Shown: positions 1-9,481, numbered from the stretch's first letter. The stretch: 64,000 nt of DNA from an uncultured Acidimicrobiales bacterium (GCA_938002955.1 CALLAA010000145.1:713-64712), one strand, 5' to 3'. Numbers and translations are program-made. Notes: generated from the letters alone by a model not told the origin.

Positions 1-13
1 GTTTACTCGGATT

Positions 14-748
14 GTGGGTTTGGAAGCCGTAGATCGAATGAGTTCGGTGCTGGCAGCGCTCGATGCCGTACAGCGATCCACCGGCATGGACGCGACCCTC
101 AACGACGTCTGTTCGCAAACGGGGCTTTCCCGGTCGACGGCGTCACGCTTCCTCAACGCGCTCAGCGAGCACGGCTACGTCTACCGCTCGACCGAGGGAA
201 CCTTCTCACTCGGGCCAGCACCGTCACTGCTCGCGGAGTCGCCGCTCGGGCATCGTCGACTCGCCGAGCTTGCGCACCCGCATATGCGACGGCTCGCCGA
301 CGACGTGGGGGAGGCCGTGTGTATCTCCGTGCTCGATGGCAACGAAACCCAAACGATCTATCAGGTCGGCGTGCCCCAGCCGGTCTTTGTCGAGAACTGG
401 GTCGACCGCCGATGGCCGATTCTTCCTACGGGCTCCGCGGTCTCGATCATGTCGACCTGGTCGCCGTGGAGCATCGAGCAACTCATCGCACAGCTACCAA
501 AGAACCAACGACCCGCCATTCACGACGCGATCGATGCCGCCCGCTCGAACCCGATCTCGTGGAGTGAGGACAACTACGTCGACGCGCTGACGAGCGTCGC
601 TGCTCCAATTCTCGATCACCGAGGCCACGCCACCAGCGCCCTGATCATCTACGGCCCCACCTTCCGATTCCCAAGAGACCGAGGCCGTGCCTCGATCGAA
701 AAGAAACTCACGACTTCCGCATCATCGATCAGCGAGGACTTGTACTAA
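14..748 (+). CDS. IclR-family transcriptional regulator
   Basis: 244-aa ORF, GTG start. N-terminal winged-HTH (LNDVCSQTGLSRSTASRFLNALSEHGYV) followed by an IclR-type effector domain. Confidence 0.8.
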   Translation: MGLEAVDRMSSVLAALDAVQRSTGMDATLNDVCSQTGLSRSTASRFLNALSEHGYVYRSTEGTFSLGPAPSLLAESPLGHRRLAELAHPHMRRLADDVGEAVCISVLDGNETQTIYQVGVPQPVFVENWVDRRWPILPTGSAVSIMSTWSPWSIEQLIAQLPKNQRPAIHDAIDAARSNPISWSEDNYVDALTSVAAPILDHRGHATSALIIYGPTFRFPRDRGRASIEKKLTTSASSISEDLY

Positions 749-822
749 TGGCACGACGAGGGCGAGCACGCTCGACCGCCACGCAACCACGGATTCAACA
801 GCTTCCCTGGAGACAGGTGGAG

Positions 823-2265
823 ATGACCCACGGTCCACTGCCGATCCTCGACGAGGCCGGTGTCGACCGAATCCACGACGCGTCTATTCGCGTTCTTGAG
901 GAGCTCGGCATCGAGCTCTGGAGTGAGGAAGCTCGGCAGCTCTTCGCCGATGCTGGAGCGATAGTCGAGGGAGAGGTCGTTCGGGTCGGGCGAGACATCA
1001 TCGATCAAGCCCTACAGACAGCACCGAACTCGGTGACGCTCACGAGCAGAAACGCAGCCAAACAGATTGAGCTCGGCGGAAACAAGATCGCCTTCGGTCT
1101 CGTCGCCGGCCCTCCTGCGGTACACGACGAGATCAACGGGCGACGTCAGTCGAACATGGACGACTACGAGAACTTCATTCGACTCGCGCACTACTTCAAC
1201 GCCATCCACATCATCGGAAACCAGGTCGCCGCCCCGATGGAATTGCCGGCCAACAATCGTCACCTCGATACATACCGAGCAAACCTGACCCTTTCCGACC
1301 TGAGCTTCCACTGCACCGCGATCGGTCGGGGTCGAGCTCGAGATGGCATCGAGATGATGGCGATCAGCCGCGGCATTTCCGTCGACGAGCTCGCCGAGTC
1401 CCCGGGTGTTATCACCGTCATCAACGTGAACTCTCCTCGTCGCTTCGATGAGGAAATGGCCAATGGCCTGATGGAGATGTCGAGCTTGGGGCAAGTGGTG
1501 TCGGTAACTCCGTTCACCCTTATGGGGGCCATGACTCCGGTGACCCTCGCTGCCGGGCTCACCCAACAAAACGCCGAAGCACTCTTCGGTATCACGCTCA
1601 CCCAGCTCGTGAAGCCTGGGGCGCCGGTGGTTTACGGCTCGTTCACTTCGAACGTCGACATGCGGTCGGGCGCACCGGCGTTCGGCACGCCAGAGCACGC
1701 CAAGGCAAACATCGCATCCGGCCAGCTCGCTCGCCGTTATGGCTTGCCATACCGCTCGTCCAATTCGAGCGCCTCGAACGTCGTGGATGCTCAAGCCGCC
1801 TACGAAACGCAGATGTCGCTGTGGGGCAGCGTGCTCGGCGGGACGAATCTGATCTATCACGCAGCGGGATGGATGGAAGGTGGGTTGCAGGCCAGTTACG
1901 AGAAGCTCGTGCTCGACGTCGAGATGCTGCAGCACATGATGGAGTTCCTGACACCTATCGATCTCAGCGACGAAGCGCTCGCCTTTGATGCCATGGAGCG
2001 AGTGCCGACCGGCGGGCACTTCTTTGGCGATCCGCACACGCTCGAACGGTATGAGACCGCCTTCTATGCACCGATGCTCTCGGATTGGCAGAACCACGGG
2101 GCGTGGACCGAGTCTGGAGCGGAGAACGCTACCCAACGGGCGACGAAGATCTGGCAGACCGCGTTGAGCGATTACACCGAACCGGCTCTCGACGATGATC
2201 GGCGCGAGGCCCTCGACGACTACGTGGCCCGACGCAAAGAAGAGATTGGCGGCGGTGAGCCCTGA
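823..2265 (+). CDS. MttB-superfamily (trimethylamine methyltransferase-like) methyltransferase, non-pyrrolysine type
   Basis: Uninterrupted ORF (track start 748; ATG at 823, MTHGPLPILDE..., is more plausible). MttB-family similarity runs along the whole length (ILDEAGVDRIHDASIRVLEELG..., VNSPRRFD, MGAMTPVTLAG). No in-frame TAG. Confidence 0.75.
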   Translation: MTHGPLPILDEAGVDRIHDASIRVLEELGIELWSEEARQLFADAGAIVEGEVVRVGRDIIDQALQTAPNSVTLTSRNAAKQIELGGNKIAFGLVAGPPAVHDEINGRRQSNMDDYENFIRLAHYFNAIHIIGNQVAAPMELPANNRHLDTYRANLTLSDLSFHCTAIGRGRARDGIEMMAISRGISVDELAESPGVITVINVNSPRRFDEEMANGLMEMSSLGQVVSVTPFTLMGAMTPVTLAAGLTQQNAEALFGITLTQLVKPGAPVVYGSFTSNVDMRSGAPAFGTPEHAKANIASGQLARRYGLPYRSSNSSASNVVDAQAAYETQMSLWGSVLGGTNLIYHAAGWMEGGLQASYEKLVLDVEMLQHMMEFLTPIDLSDEALAFDAMERVPTGGHFFGDPHTLERYETAFYAPMLSDWQNHGAWTESGAENATQRATKIWQTALSDYTEPALDDDRREALDDYVARRKEEIGGGEP

Positions 2266-2651
2266 ATCGACCGTGACCGGTGGAGCGTACGGCCGAGGAG
2301 CCAGCCGATGGTTACTCCGACGATGTTGGCGATCATGTCGTCCCGGCTGAAATCTCTACCGGGTACTCCTCGTTGGCGAAGTTCATCCGCTGCGCTGATC
2401 GCAAGAAAGACGCTCGGCCAGACCGGGAGAAATCGCAGCAACCGGCCATCTCCTAACGTAGCGATGAACAGTGCGGTGATCCCGCCGTACACGACAATGT
2501 GGACGATCTTGTCGAAACCGGGCGTTCGTAGGAGCTCGAGGACGAGTCCCGAGTCGGAGCCGCCCAGAACGGTCGCCCAAAACATGAAGGCAACGGGCAA
2601 TCCGAGTGCGACGTTGATGCGGAGCTGTGCCATGTCGAGCCAGGAGTCCAT
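2220..2651 (-). CDS. VanZ-like family membrane protein
   Basis: Only the C-terminal 143 aa of the 527-aa track ORF look real (ATG at 2649-2651, MDSWLDMAQL...). It has 4 TM segments and VanZ motifs FDKIVHIVVYG and ADELRQRGVPGRDFSRDDMIANIVGVTIG. Its 3' end overlaps the mttB-like gene convergently by 46 nt. Confidence 0.6.
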   Translation of the reverse strand: MDSWLDMAQLRINVALGLPVAFMFWATVLGGSDSGLVLELLRTPGFDKIVHIVVYGGITALFIATLGDGRLLRFLPVWPSVFLAISAADELRQRGVPGRDFSRDDMIANIVGVTIGWLLGRTLHRSRSIQGSPPPISSLRRAT

Positions 2652-2744
2652 CTTCACAGTGGACAGGGACAATGAGAAGAACGAAGAAGAACAGCCTGAA
2701 GGAACATCAAGAATCCATGACGATGCCGACACGCGGTTAGTAGC

Positions 2745-3482
2745 GTGCGGCGTATGAACATCATCGAGGAGATCATCGACACCGAGACCGCGGATGGGCC
2801 GATGGCGGTATCGGTGAAGTATCCCGACGACGGCCAGCGCCATCCGACGATCGCGGTGTTCCACGACGGCCCCGGCATGCGGGGATCGAATCATGAGTTC
2901 AATCGCCGGCTCGCCGGTGAGGGCTATCGGGTGGTCATGCCCGATCTCTACCACCGGCATGGTCGAATGCTCGGCTGGGAAGCCAGCGAGGCCACCGACG
3001 AAACCCGGGCCAAGGCGTGGGAGATGCTGCGCTCGCTCACCGACGACGGCATTCAAGGCGACCTCGACGATGCGCTCGCCCTGCTCGACCTCGACGACGA
3101 CGAAAAGCTTGGCACGATCGGCTTTTGCCTCGGTGCCCGAGCGATCTATCGAACGCTTATGCGCTTTCCTGATCGCTTCGTCGTCGGCGCTACGTGGCAT
3201 CCGTCGTTTCTGGCAGACGATGGACCGGACTCGCCACACCTCACCGCAGCTCAGCTCGCTCAGCCCGTCTACATCGGCATCGGAACCGCCGACACCGTCC
3301 AGTCGATCGAGATGCACCAGCCATTCTTCGATGCCGTCGCGCCGCTCGAACACGTGGAGGTCGAGATCTTCGACGGCGCGGATCACGGCTACACGTGGCC
3401 GTCGCACCCGAACTACCACGAGCACGCCGCCAGCACCTCGTGGGTCAAGACAACTGCGTTGTTTGCAGCGCACTTGCACTAA
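2745..3482 (+). CDS. Dienelactone hydrolase family protein
   Basis: 245 aa. DLH pattern: IAVFHDGPGMR, nucleophile elbow GFCLGARA, C-terminal ADHGY. Confidence 0.75.
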   Translation: MRRMNIIEEIIDTETADGPMAVSVKYPDDGQRHPTIAVFHDGPGMRGSNHEFNRRLAGEGYRVVMPDLYHRHGRMLGWEASEATDETRAKAWEMLRSLTDDGIQGDLDDALALLDLDDDEKLGTIGFCLGARAIYRTLMRFPDRFVVGATWHPSFLADDGPDSPHLTAAQLAQPVYIGIGTADTVQSIEMHQPFFDAVAPLEHVEVEIFDGADHGYTWPSHPNYHEHAASTSWVKTTALFAAHLH

Positions 3483-3485
3483 GGC

Positions 3486-4841
3486 GTGAGCACCCCAGGC
3501 CATCTCCCACGGAACGTCTTGGTGTGGCTGCACTCCACTCGCTTCACCGACATTCCGCCCGAGATCATCGCCTTCGCTAAGCGATGCCTGCTCGACCTCG
3601 TCGGCGTTGCTGCTGCCGGACGAACGACCGAATTGTCCCGCATCATCCACGATCACGCCGCGGCGCATTTTGGGCCCGGCACCGCTGCGGCTCCGATGCT
3701 GTTCGACGGTCGGCTGGTGAGCCCGGCAGGCGCCGCGCTCGCCGGTGGTATGACGATCGATTCGATCGACGCCCACGATGGCAACAAGTTGACCAAAGGC
3801 CACACGGGGTGTTCGCAGCTCCCGGCGCTGCTCGCGTTCAGCGCTGCGCTTGGTAGTCCATCACCGCGAGAGTTCCTCGCCGATCTTGTTGTTGGCTATG
3901 AGATCGCGACTCGTGCTGGCATTGCGCTCCATCAGACAGCGCCGGACTACCACACGTCGGGGGCCTGGGGTGCGGTTGGCGCTGCCGCGCTCGGCGCGCG
4001 TCTTATGAGCCTCGATGCCGAGACGACCTTCGAAGCAATGGGTATTGCCGAGTACCACGGACCGCGCAGTCAGATGATGCGCGTGATCGATCATCCAACG
4101 ATGCTCAAGGACGGATCGGGATGGGGTGCGATGGCCGGGGTCTCTGCGGCATATCTCGCCGCAGACGGATTTACCGGAGCTCCGGCAATCACCATCAACG
4201 ATCCCGAGGTAGCGGCACTGTGGTCTGACCTCGGCGAGCGCTGGATCATCACCGAGCAGTACTTCAAGCCGTATCCAGTTTGTCGCTGGGCGCAGCCGGC
4301 CGTCGAGGCCGTCCTTTCGCTGAGCGAGGCGTTCGAATTCACCGCCGACCAGGTCGCCGGGGTCGAGATCTCCACATTTCATGAGGCGGCGCGACTCGCA
4401 ACAGCGTTACCGGCGACGACCGAGCACGCGCAATACAGCCTGCCGTTTCCTGTTGCTGCAGCTCTTGTCCGAGGCCAGCTCGGTGCTGGCGAAGTGACCG
4501 CGACAGCTCTTGTCGACCCCGACATTCGCCGAGTCTCCCAACTCGTCACCATCGTTGAGGACGATGCACACAACGACGCATTTCCCGGCAACCGATACGC
4601 ACGAGCCACGATCACCCTCGCCGATGGGCGCCGCCTCACCTCTGAAGATCACGAGCCGCGCGGTGACCCCGAAGATCATCTCACCGACGAAGAAATTCGG
4701 GCGAAGTTCTACACATTTGCCGAACCGGTTCTCGGGGTCGAACGCTGCCACGCCATCGAAACGGCTATCGATCGGCTCGACACCGCCGACTCACTCGACG
4801 AGCTCGTCGGTCTTCTGTATCCACCGCCATACAGTGCATAG
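3486..4841 (+). CDS. MmgE/PrpD family protein (2-methylcitrate dehydratase-like)
   Basis: 451 aa. N-terminal PrpD-family signature (FTDIPPEIIAFAKRCLLDLVGVAAAG) and family-typical length. Confidence 0.75.
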   Translation: MSTPGHLPRNVLVWLHSTRFTDIPPEIIAFAKRCLLDLVGVAAAGRTTELSRIIHDHAAAHFGPGTAAAPMLFDGRLVSPAGAALAGGMTIDSIDAHDGNKLTKGHTGCSQLPALLAFSAALGSPSPREFLADLVVGYEIATRAGIALHQTAPDYHTSGAWGAVGAAALGARLMSLDAETTFEAMGIAEYHGPRSQMMRVIDHPTMLKDGSGWGAMAGVSAAYLAADGFTGAPAITINDPEVAALWSDLGERWIITEQYFKPYPVCRWAQPAVEAVLSLSEAFEFTADQVAGVEISTFHEAARLATALPATTEHAQYSLPFPVAAALVRGQLGAGEVTATALVDPDIRRVSQLVTIVEDDAHNDAFPGNRYARATITLADGRRLTSEDHEPRGDPEDHLTDEEIRAKFYTFAEPVLGVERCHAIETAIDRLDTADSLDELVGLLYPPPYSA

Positions 4842-4864
4842 CTCCAACGGAAGGAAGGACCCCA

Positions 4865-5338
4865 ATGGGCTTTCATGACATCTCGATGGAGTCGATCAGC
4901 GGCGAGCAGATCGACTTCACCCAATTCGAAGGACAGTACGCACTCTGCGTCAACGTCGCGAGTTTTTGAGGCGCTACGCCTCAGTACGCAGGTCTGCGTA
5001 CGCTCCACAACGACGTTGACGGCCTCACCGTTTTGGGCTTCCCGTGCAACCAGTTTGGTGCGCAGGAACCCGGTACGAACCAAGAGATCGCAGAGTTTGC
5101 CTCGTCGACCTATGACGTGAACTTTCCCATGTTCGCCAAGATCGACGTCAACGGCGACGATGCCGCGCCGCTGTATCAGATGCTGAAAGAACAGCAGCCG
5201 GGCGACGATGACAGTGCCGACATTAAGTGGAACTTCGAGAAGTTCCTCGTCAACCCGCAAGGCGAAACGATCACCCGCTGGGGCACCCGCACCACGCCGG
5301 AGGACATCGCAGCCGAGCTGGCTGACCTCATGGGCTAG
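4865..5338 (+). CDS. Glutathione peroxidase, selenocysteine-containing (in-frame TGA at 4967-4969, residue 35)
   Basis: ATG 4865 is preceded by GGAAGGAAGGA. The same frame as track ORF 5033..5338 reads ...[48 protein letters not shown]...IKWNFEKFLV. This is the canonical GPx motif NVASx[C/U]GxT with TGA at the catalytic position. A SECIS-like hairpin lies 14 nt downstream. Confidence 0.85.
4984..5001 (+). promoter_or_regulatory. Bacterial SECIS-like hairpin for the GPx UGA
   Basis: GUACGC-AGGUCU-GCGUAC: 6-8 bp perfect stem. The apex GCAGGUCUGC is identical to my recollection of the apex of the E. coli fdhF SECIS. It starts 14 nt after the UGA. Confidence 0.75.
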
Positions 5339-5347
5339 GGCCTCTTT

Positions 5348-5392
5348 GCTGCGATCGCCCGATCTCTTGTACGTGAGGCGGGTGATCGCAGC
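5348..5392 (+). terminator. Possible intrinsic terminator after the GPx gene
   Basis: 14-bp stem GCTGCGATCGCCCG / CGGGTGATCGCAGC (one G-U pair) with a 17-nt loop. A TTTT run lies 6 nt downstream, not immediately adjacent. Confidence 0.4.
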
Positions 5393-5440
5393 GTGCGATT
5401 TTGCTGGACGAACGTTCAGCGCGGGCGTAGCGTGCCCGGA

Positions 5441-6367
5441 ATGACTGCCGAAGTCGCCGCTCACGAACGGGAGCTACCGTCGCTAACCCACCTGCAAGGG
5501 TCGCTCATCATTTTGTTGACCGGCATCGGCTTCAGCTTTGGTGGCCTCGCCTTTCGGTCGGTCGATATCGGCTCGTGGGAATACCTGTTCTTCCGCGGCC
5601 TTGGGATGGGCGGCGTCGCGCTGATTGTGCTCGGCGTCCGCTATCGCGACCGCTTCGATGACCTGACCTCGCGACTTGAGCGCGGACATCTTTATGCCGG
5701 TCTGCTGCTCGGCATGATGAATACGTTGTTCATTGTTTCGCTGTCGTTCGCATCGGTCGCATTCGTCTTGATCTTGCAGACGATCGCCCCGCTAACCGCT
5801 GCGTATTTCAGCTGGCTCTTTCTGAAAGAGCGCCCGAGTTCAGCGGTCCTGATCGCGACTGCGGTGAGCGTCGTCGGCGTTGCAATCATGGTCGGTGGCA
5901 GCATCGCCGACGACCTGTCGCCGTTCGGACTCATCGCCGCCATCATCCCGATCGGGTTTGGGCTGTACACGACGTTGATCCGGTCGGCGAAGCGCATCGA
6001 TGCAATGGTTCCGCTCTTCGTCGCCGGCACGTGCCTGCTTCTGGTCGGTATTGCGGCGGTCCTGCTGCAGGGTGGATTCGACGCCACCTTGCGCGATGCC
6101 GTAATTGGAACCTTTGCCGGAAGTGTCTTGCTCGCCGTTCCGCTCGCCGCATTCAACATGGCCCAGCGAGTGGTGCCGGCACCGGAGTCGGCGCTGCTGA
6201 TCATGACCGAGGTCGTCCTGGCTCCGGTGTGGGTGTGGGTGTTCGTTGGCGAGCAAGCATCAGCGACGACGTTGATCGGCGGTGCCATCATCCTGGCCGC
6301 GGTGATCTGGGTAACGGTGAAGCGAATCCCACGAAAGGGCCGCAGGCCAATAACCACCCGCGGCTAG
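5441..6367 (+). CDS. EamA/DMT-family transporter
   Basis: About 10 TM segments with duplicated EamA-like halves. Track start is GTG 5393; ATG 5441 is preferred because 5393 lies inside the upstream hairpin. Confidence 0.7.
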   Translation: MTAEVAAHERELPSLTHLQGSLIILLTGIGFSFGGLAFRSVDIGSWEYLFFRGLGMGGVALIVLGVRYRDRFDDLTSRLERGHLYAGLLLGMMNTLFIVSLSFASVAFVLILQTIAPLTAAYFSWLFLKERPSSAVLIATAVSVVGVAIMVGGSIADDLSPFGLIAAIIPIGFGLYTTLIRSAKRIDAMVPLFVAGTCLLLVGIAAVLLQGGFDATLRDAVIGTFAGSVLLAVPLAAFNMAQRVVPAPESALLIMTEVVLAPVWVWVFVGEQASATTLIGGAIILAAVIWVTVKRIPRKGRRPITTRG

Positions 6368-6368
6368 A

Positions 6369-6417
6369 GATTTGTACAAAAAAAGGAACCTGACAGGGTC
6401 CATTTTCTGTACAAATC
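6369..6417. promoter_or_regulatory. 49-bp AT-rich imperfect palindrome (terminator or operator) between the EamA and ZIP genes
   Basis: GATTTGTACAAAAAAAGGAACC-TGACA-GGGTCCATTTTCTGTACAAATC. 19 of 22 positions pair. It is the most AT-rich stretch in this part of the window. Confidence 0.5.
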
Positions 6418-6468
6418 CCTGGGGGGTTGGTTATTGGGCTACCAATGCTTGGGCGATAGCGTTCAGCT

Positions 6469-7392
6469 GTGTCTATCGTCCTGCTCGCTATTGCGATCGC
6501 TGTTCTCTCGTTGTTGGGCGGGCTCGCTCCTCGAGCATTCTCCGGACGGTTGACCGGCAAGCAACTCGAGATGCTCACGGGCATTGCTTCGGGACTTTTG
6601 CTCGCGTCGGCGCTCATGGTTGTCATCCCCGAGGGGTTTCACACGGCGGCGCAACCCAGCGCCGAGCATCATGACGAACACGACGACGACGAGCACGACG
6701 ACGAGCACAGCGACGAAGAGCTGGGCTTTACGCACGATGCAGAAGAGCCGCTTCACATCGACGATGGCGAGCGCTTTGTGTACTCGCCCGAGCTCCTCGG
6801 ATTGACGATTCTCGCCGGGTTTGCCGCAATGCTGCTGCTCGAAGGGTTCGGCGTTGGTCACGCCGTCCACGAAGAACACCACGACCACGCAGACGGACAC
6901 GGCCATGGCCATGTGCACCACCCAACGTCGATGTCGGTCCTGGCGGTTGGCTTGTCGGCGCACGCGCTCGCAGACGGGTTAGCGATTGGTTCGGCTGCGG
7001 TCGCCGGCGATACGGCTTTCTCGGTCTTGGTTGCGTTTGCCGTCCTTCTGCATCGCGTGCCCGCAGCGTTCAGCCTGGGCCTATTCGCCTTGCACGAGAC
7101 GGAGGACAGCTCTGCTGCGATCAGAGGACTGCTCGCGTTCGCGCTCGCAACACCGCTCGCGATGGTGTTGTCCTACCTGCTTCTCGATGGAGCGAGCCAG
7201 GGCGTCGTAGCACTGACCTTGTTGTTCTCGGCTGGCACCTTCGTTTACGTCGCCACCGTCGACACCTTGCCAGCTATTCATAACCCGGAGACCGGCCGCT
7301 ACTCGGTTCGCAACGTCATCATCGGCGTTGTGCTCTTCGCCGTCTTGTTCTTTGCTACGAGCGCCACCGGCGTGCTCGAGCACGCGCACTAG
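6469..7392 (+). CDS. ZIP-family divalent metal (Zn/Fe) transporter with His/Asp-rich loops
   Basis: 307 aa with multiple TM segments. Loops HHDEHDDDEHDDEHSDEE and HEEHHDHADGHGHGHVHH. C-terminal ZIP motif (HRVPAAFSLG, region LSAHALADGLAIG). Confidence 0.75.
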   Translation: MSIVLLAIAIAVLSLLGGLAPRAFSGRLTGKQLEMLTGIASGLLLASALMVVIPEGFHTAAQPSAEHHDEHDDDEHDDEHSDEELGFTHDAEEPLHIDDGERFVYSPELLGLTILAGFAAMLLLEGFGVGHAVHEEHHDHADGHGHGHVHHPTSMSVLAVGLSAHALADGLAIGSAAVAGDTAFSVLVAFAVLLHRVPAAFSLGLFALHETEDSSAAIRGLLAFALATPLAMVLSYLLLDGASQGVVALTLLFSAGTFVYVATVDTLPAIHNPETGRYSVRNVIIGVVLFAVLFFATSATGVLEHAH

Positions 7393-7394
7393 CC

Positions 7395-8576
7395 GTGTCC
7401 GCAGATGACCCGCTCGTCACTCCGCGTTTTCTGACGATTACCGCGTCGGCGCTGTTTTACTTCACGTCGTTCGCAATGCTGCTCCCAACGCTGCCGAGAT
7501 ATATCGAAGACGAACTCGCCGGCTCGAAGACCGAGGTCGGGATCATCGTTGGCGCCTTTGGAATCTCCGCCGCGCTCGTCCGGCCGCTGCTCGGGCGTGT
7601 TGGCGACATCTACGGCCGTCGAATCCTGCTGGTAGGCGGCGCACTCTCTTCGGGGTTACTGATTTTGCTCTATCCAGTCTGGGCATCGATCCCGGTGCTC
7701 CTCGGCCTTCGCATCCTCACCGGCGTCGGCGAGAGTGGGGCGTTCGTTGGCGCGGCTACCGCCATTCAGGACATGGCTCCCGATCACCGTCGAGGTGAAG
7801 CCTCGAGCTACTTCAGTCTCTCGATCTACGTGGGTCTCGGGGTCGGACCGTTTCTCGGCGAGTACCTCGCTGACAACTACAACTTCGATGGTGTTGTCCG
7901 AACGAGCTTCGCCATGTCACTGGTTGCATCGATCCTCGCCTTTGCAATTCCCAACAAGCCACCGATCGCCGTGATCGATGCGCCCGCCGAACGGTCTCGA
8001 CGATTCCTCCATCGGGCATCGGTGCTTCCCGGAATCCTCCTGACGCTGTCGCTGCTTGGCTTCGTTGGATATACGACCTTTCTGGCGCTCTACCTCGACG
8101 ACCTCACCAACGGAGAAGCGTCGGCGGGAACGGTATTTCTTGTGTACGCCGCGATCGTCGTAGTCTTTCGACTCTCGTTCGCAAGCCTCCCCGACAAGCT
8201 CGGTGCTCGACGAGGCTCGATGCTCGCATTCGGATTCATCGCCCTCGGCCTTGCGGTCGTCGCCGCTTGGCCATCGTTGGTCGGGGTCTACGTCGGAACG
8301 TCGATTCTCGCCCTTGGCGTCGCATTCAACTATCCGGCGCTGTTCCTGTTCGTTATGGCCGATACCGAACCACATGAGCGAAGTCACTCCGTTGCCAGCT
8401 TCGGCTTCTTCTTCGATATTGCCGGAGCGCTCGGCGCTCCATTCCTGGGCGTAATCATCGATGCCACCGGCAGCGAGCGGCCGGCCTTCGCCGCGGGAGC
8501 CATCAGTTCGCTGATCGCGCTCATCGGCGTCCGGCTGATGAAAGACCCGTCGCTTGCACGTAGCGTGCCGGAGTGA
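7395..8576 (+). CDS. MFS transporter
   Basis: 393 aa, 12 predicted TM segments. MFS loop motif GRVGDIYGRR. Confidence 0.75.
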   Translation: MSADDPLVTPRFLTITASALFYFTSFAMLLPTLPRYIEDELAGSKTEVGIIVGAFGISAALVRPLLGRVGDIYGRRILLVGGALSSGLLILLYPVWASIPVLLGLRILTGVGESGAFVGAATAIQDMAPDHRRGEASSYFSLSIYVGLGVGPFLGEYLADNYNFDGVVRTSFAMSLVASILAFAIPNKPPIAVIDAPAERSRRFLHRASVLPGILLTLSLLGFVGYTTFLALYLDDLTNGEASAGTVFLVYAAIVVVFRLSFASLPDKLGARRGSMLAFGFIALGLAVVAAWPSLVGVYVGTSILALGVAFNYPALFLFVMADTEPHERSHSVASFGFFFDIAGALGAPFLGVIIDATGSERPAFAAGAISSLIALIGVRLMKDPSLARSVPE

Positions 8577-9481
8577 CACGACCCGACACCGACGACTCAA
8601 CACACTCGCTCGGCATCGTCGCAGCTGCGGTCGCCGTCTCGGCATGGGGCCTCTCAGGAGTCGTCGCAAAGAACATCGACATGGGTGGCATCGCCATCGC
8701 CGCGTACCGCTTCACGATCTACGGAGTTGTCATCGCGGCCGTCATGGGCCTTCGGCGGAATCCGGTAACCCTTCGGGTCATGCGGGCGTCGATGTGGGGA
8801 GGGCTTGCGCTCGCCGCCGACGTGGCCTTTTTCTTCAGCGCGGTGAAGATGACGAGCGTCGCGAACGCGACCGTGATCGGAGCACTGCAGCCCGTCGTCG
8901 TGAGCATTGTGGCAGCTCGTTTCTTTGGCGAGATCATCGATCGTCGAGACATCATCCTCGGGGCGCTCGCCATTGCGGGAGTCGCAACGGTGGTGCTCGG
9001 TGATGGCGGCTCGGCGGCGCGTAGTCTCACCGGCGACCTGCTCGCGATCGGCGCGCTGTTCTCGTGGTCTGCCTACTTTGTTTGTTCCAAGCAAGCCAAG
9101 GACACGATCACCTCGCAGGAGTACACCGTGGGTGCCGCGCTGTGGACCGGAGCGGTCAACATTCCGCTAGCCCTGCTGTTTGGTCAAAGCCTCGGCTGGC
9201 CGAGCACGGCGTCGTGGATTGGGCTCATCGTGTTGACATTTGGTGCGGGGATTCTCGGACACGGCTTGATGAACTGGTCGATCCAACAGATTCCGCTCTG
9301 GATCAGTTCGACCTTCACGTTGCTCATCCCGCTCGTGTCCGCCACCGCTGCGTGGATCTGGCTTGGTGAATCGTTGCAGATCGTCCAGATCGTGGCCATG
9401 GTCGTCGTGCTCGCGACGCTCGGGGCCATCGTGGCCAATCAGTCTGGAATCGGCGCCCGGCCACGCCCGTTACGCCGCTAA
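8573..9481 (+). CDS. EamA/DMT-family transporter
   Basis: 302 aa, about 10 TM segments, two EamA-like repeats. 4-nt overlap with the upstream MFS gene. Confidence 0.7.
   Translation: MTRPDTDDSTHSLGIVAAAVAVSAWGLSGVVAKNIDMGGIAIAAYRFTIYGVVIAAVMGLRRNPVTLRVMRASMWGGLALAADVAFFFSAVKMTSVANATVIGALQPVVVSIVAARFFGEIIDRRDIILGALAIAGVATVVLGDGGSAARSLTGDLLAIGALFSWSAYFVCSKQAKDTITSQEYTVGAALWTGAVNIPLALLFGQSLGWPSTASWIGLIVLTFGAGILGHGLMNWSIQQIPLWISSTFTLLIPLVSATAAWIWLGESLQIVQIVAMVVVLATLGAIVANQSGIGARPRPLRR

Noticed and set aside
1012-2136. Long antisense or off-frame ORFs throughout the window. Examples: 1012..2136(-), the upstream 380 aa of 2220..3803(-), 13537..14775(-), 29704..31224(-), 46776..47759(+), 47991..49175(+), 51840..53120(+), 63201..63911(-).
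   Set aside because: They lie opposite or out of frame to ORFs with clear family motifs. Their Arg/Pro/Gly-rich, low-complexity translations are typical of shadow ORFs in high-GC DNA, and they show no recognisable domains.
823-2265. Possible pyrrolysine (in-frame TAG) in the MttB-family methyltransferase.
   Set aside because: The ORF is uninterrupted at full family length with no in-frame TAG, and there are no pyl genes. It is the non-Pyl MttB type.
6369-6417. Zur-box interpretation of the palindrome upstream of the ZIP transporter.
   Set aside because: It does not match the actinobacterial Zur consensus as I remember it. It is kept only as a generic operator/terminator candidate in the findings.
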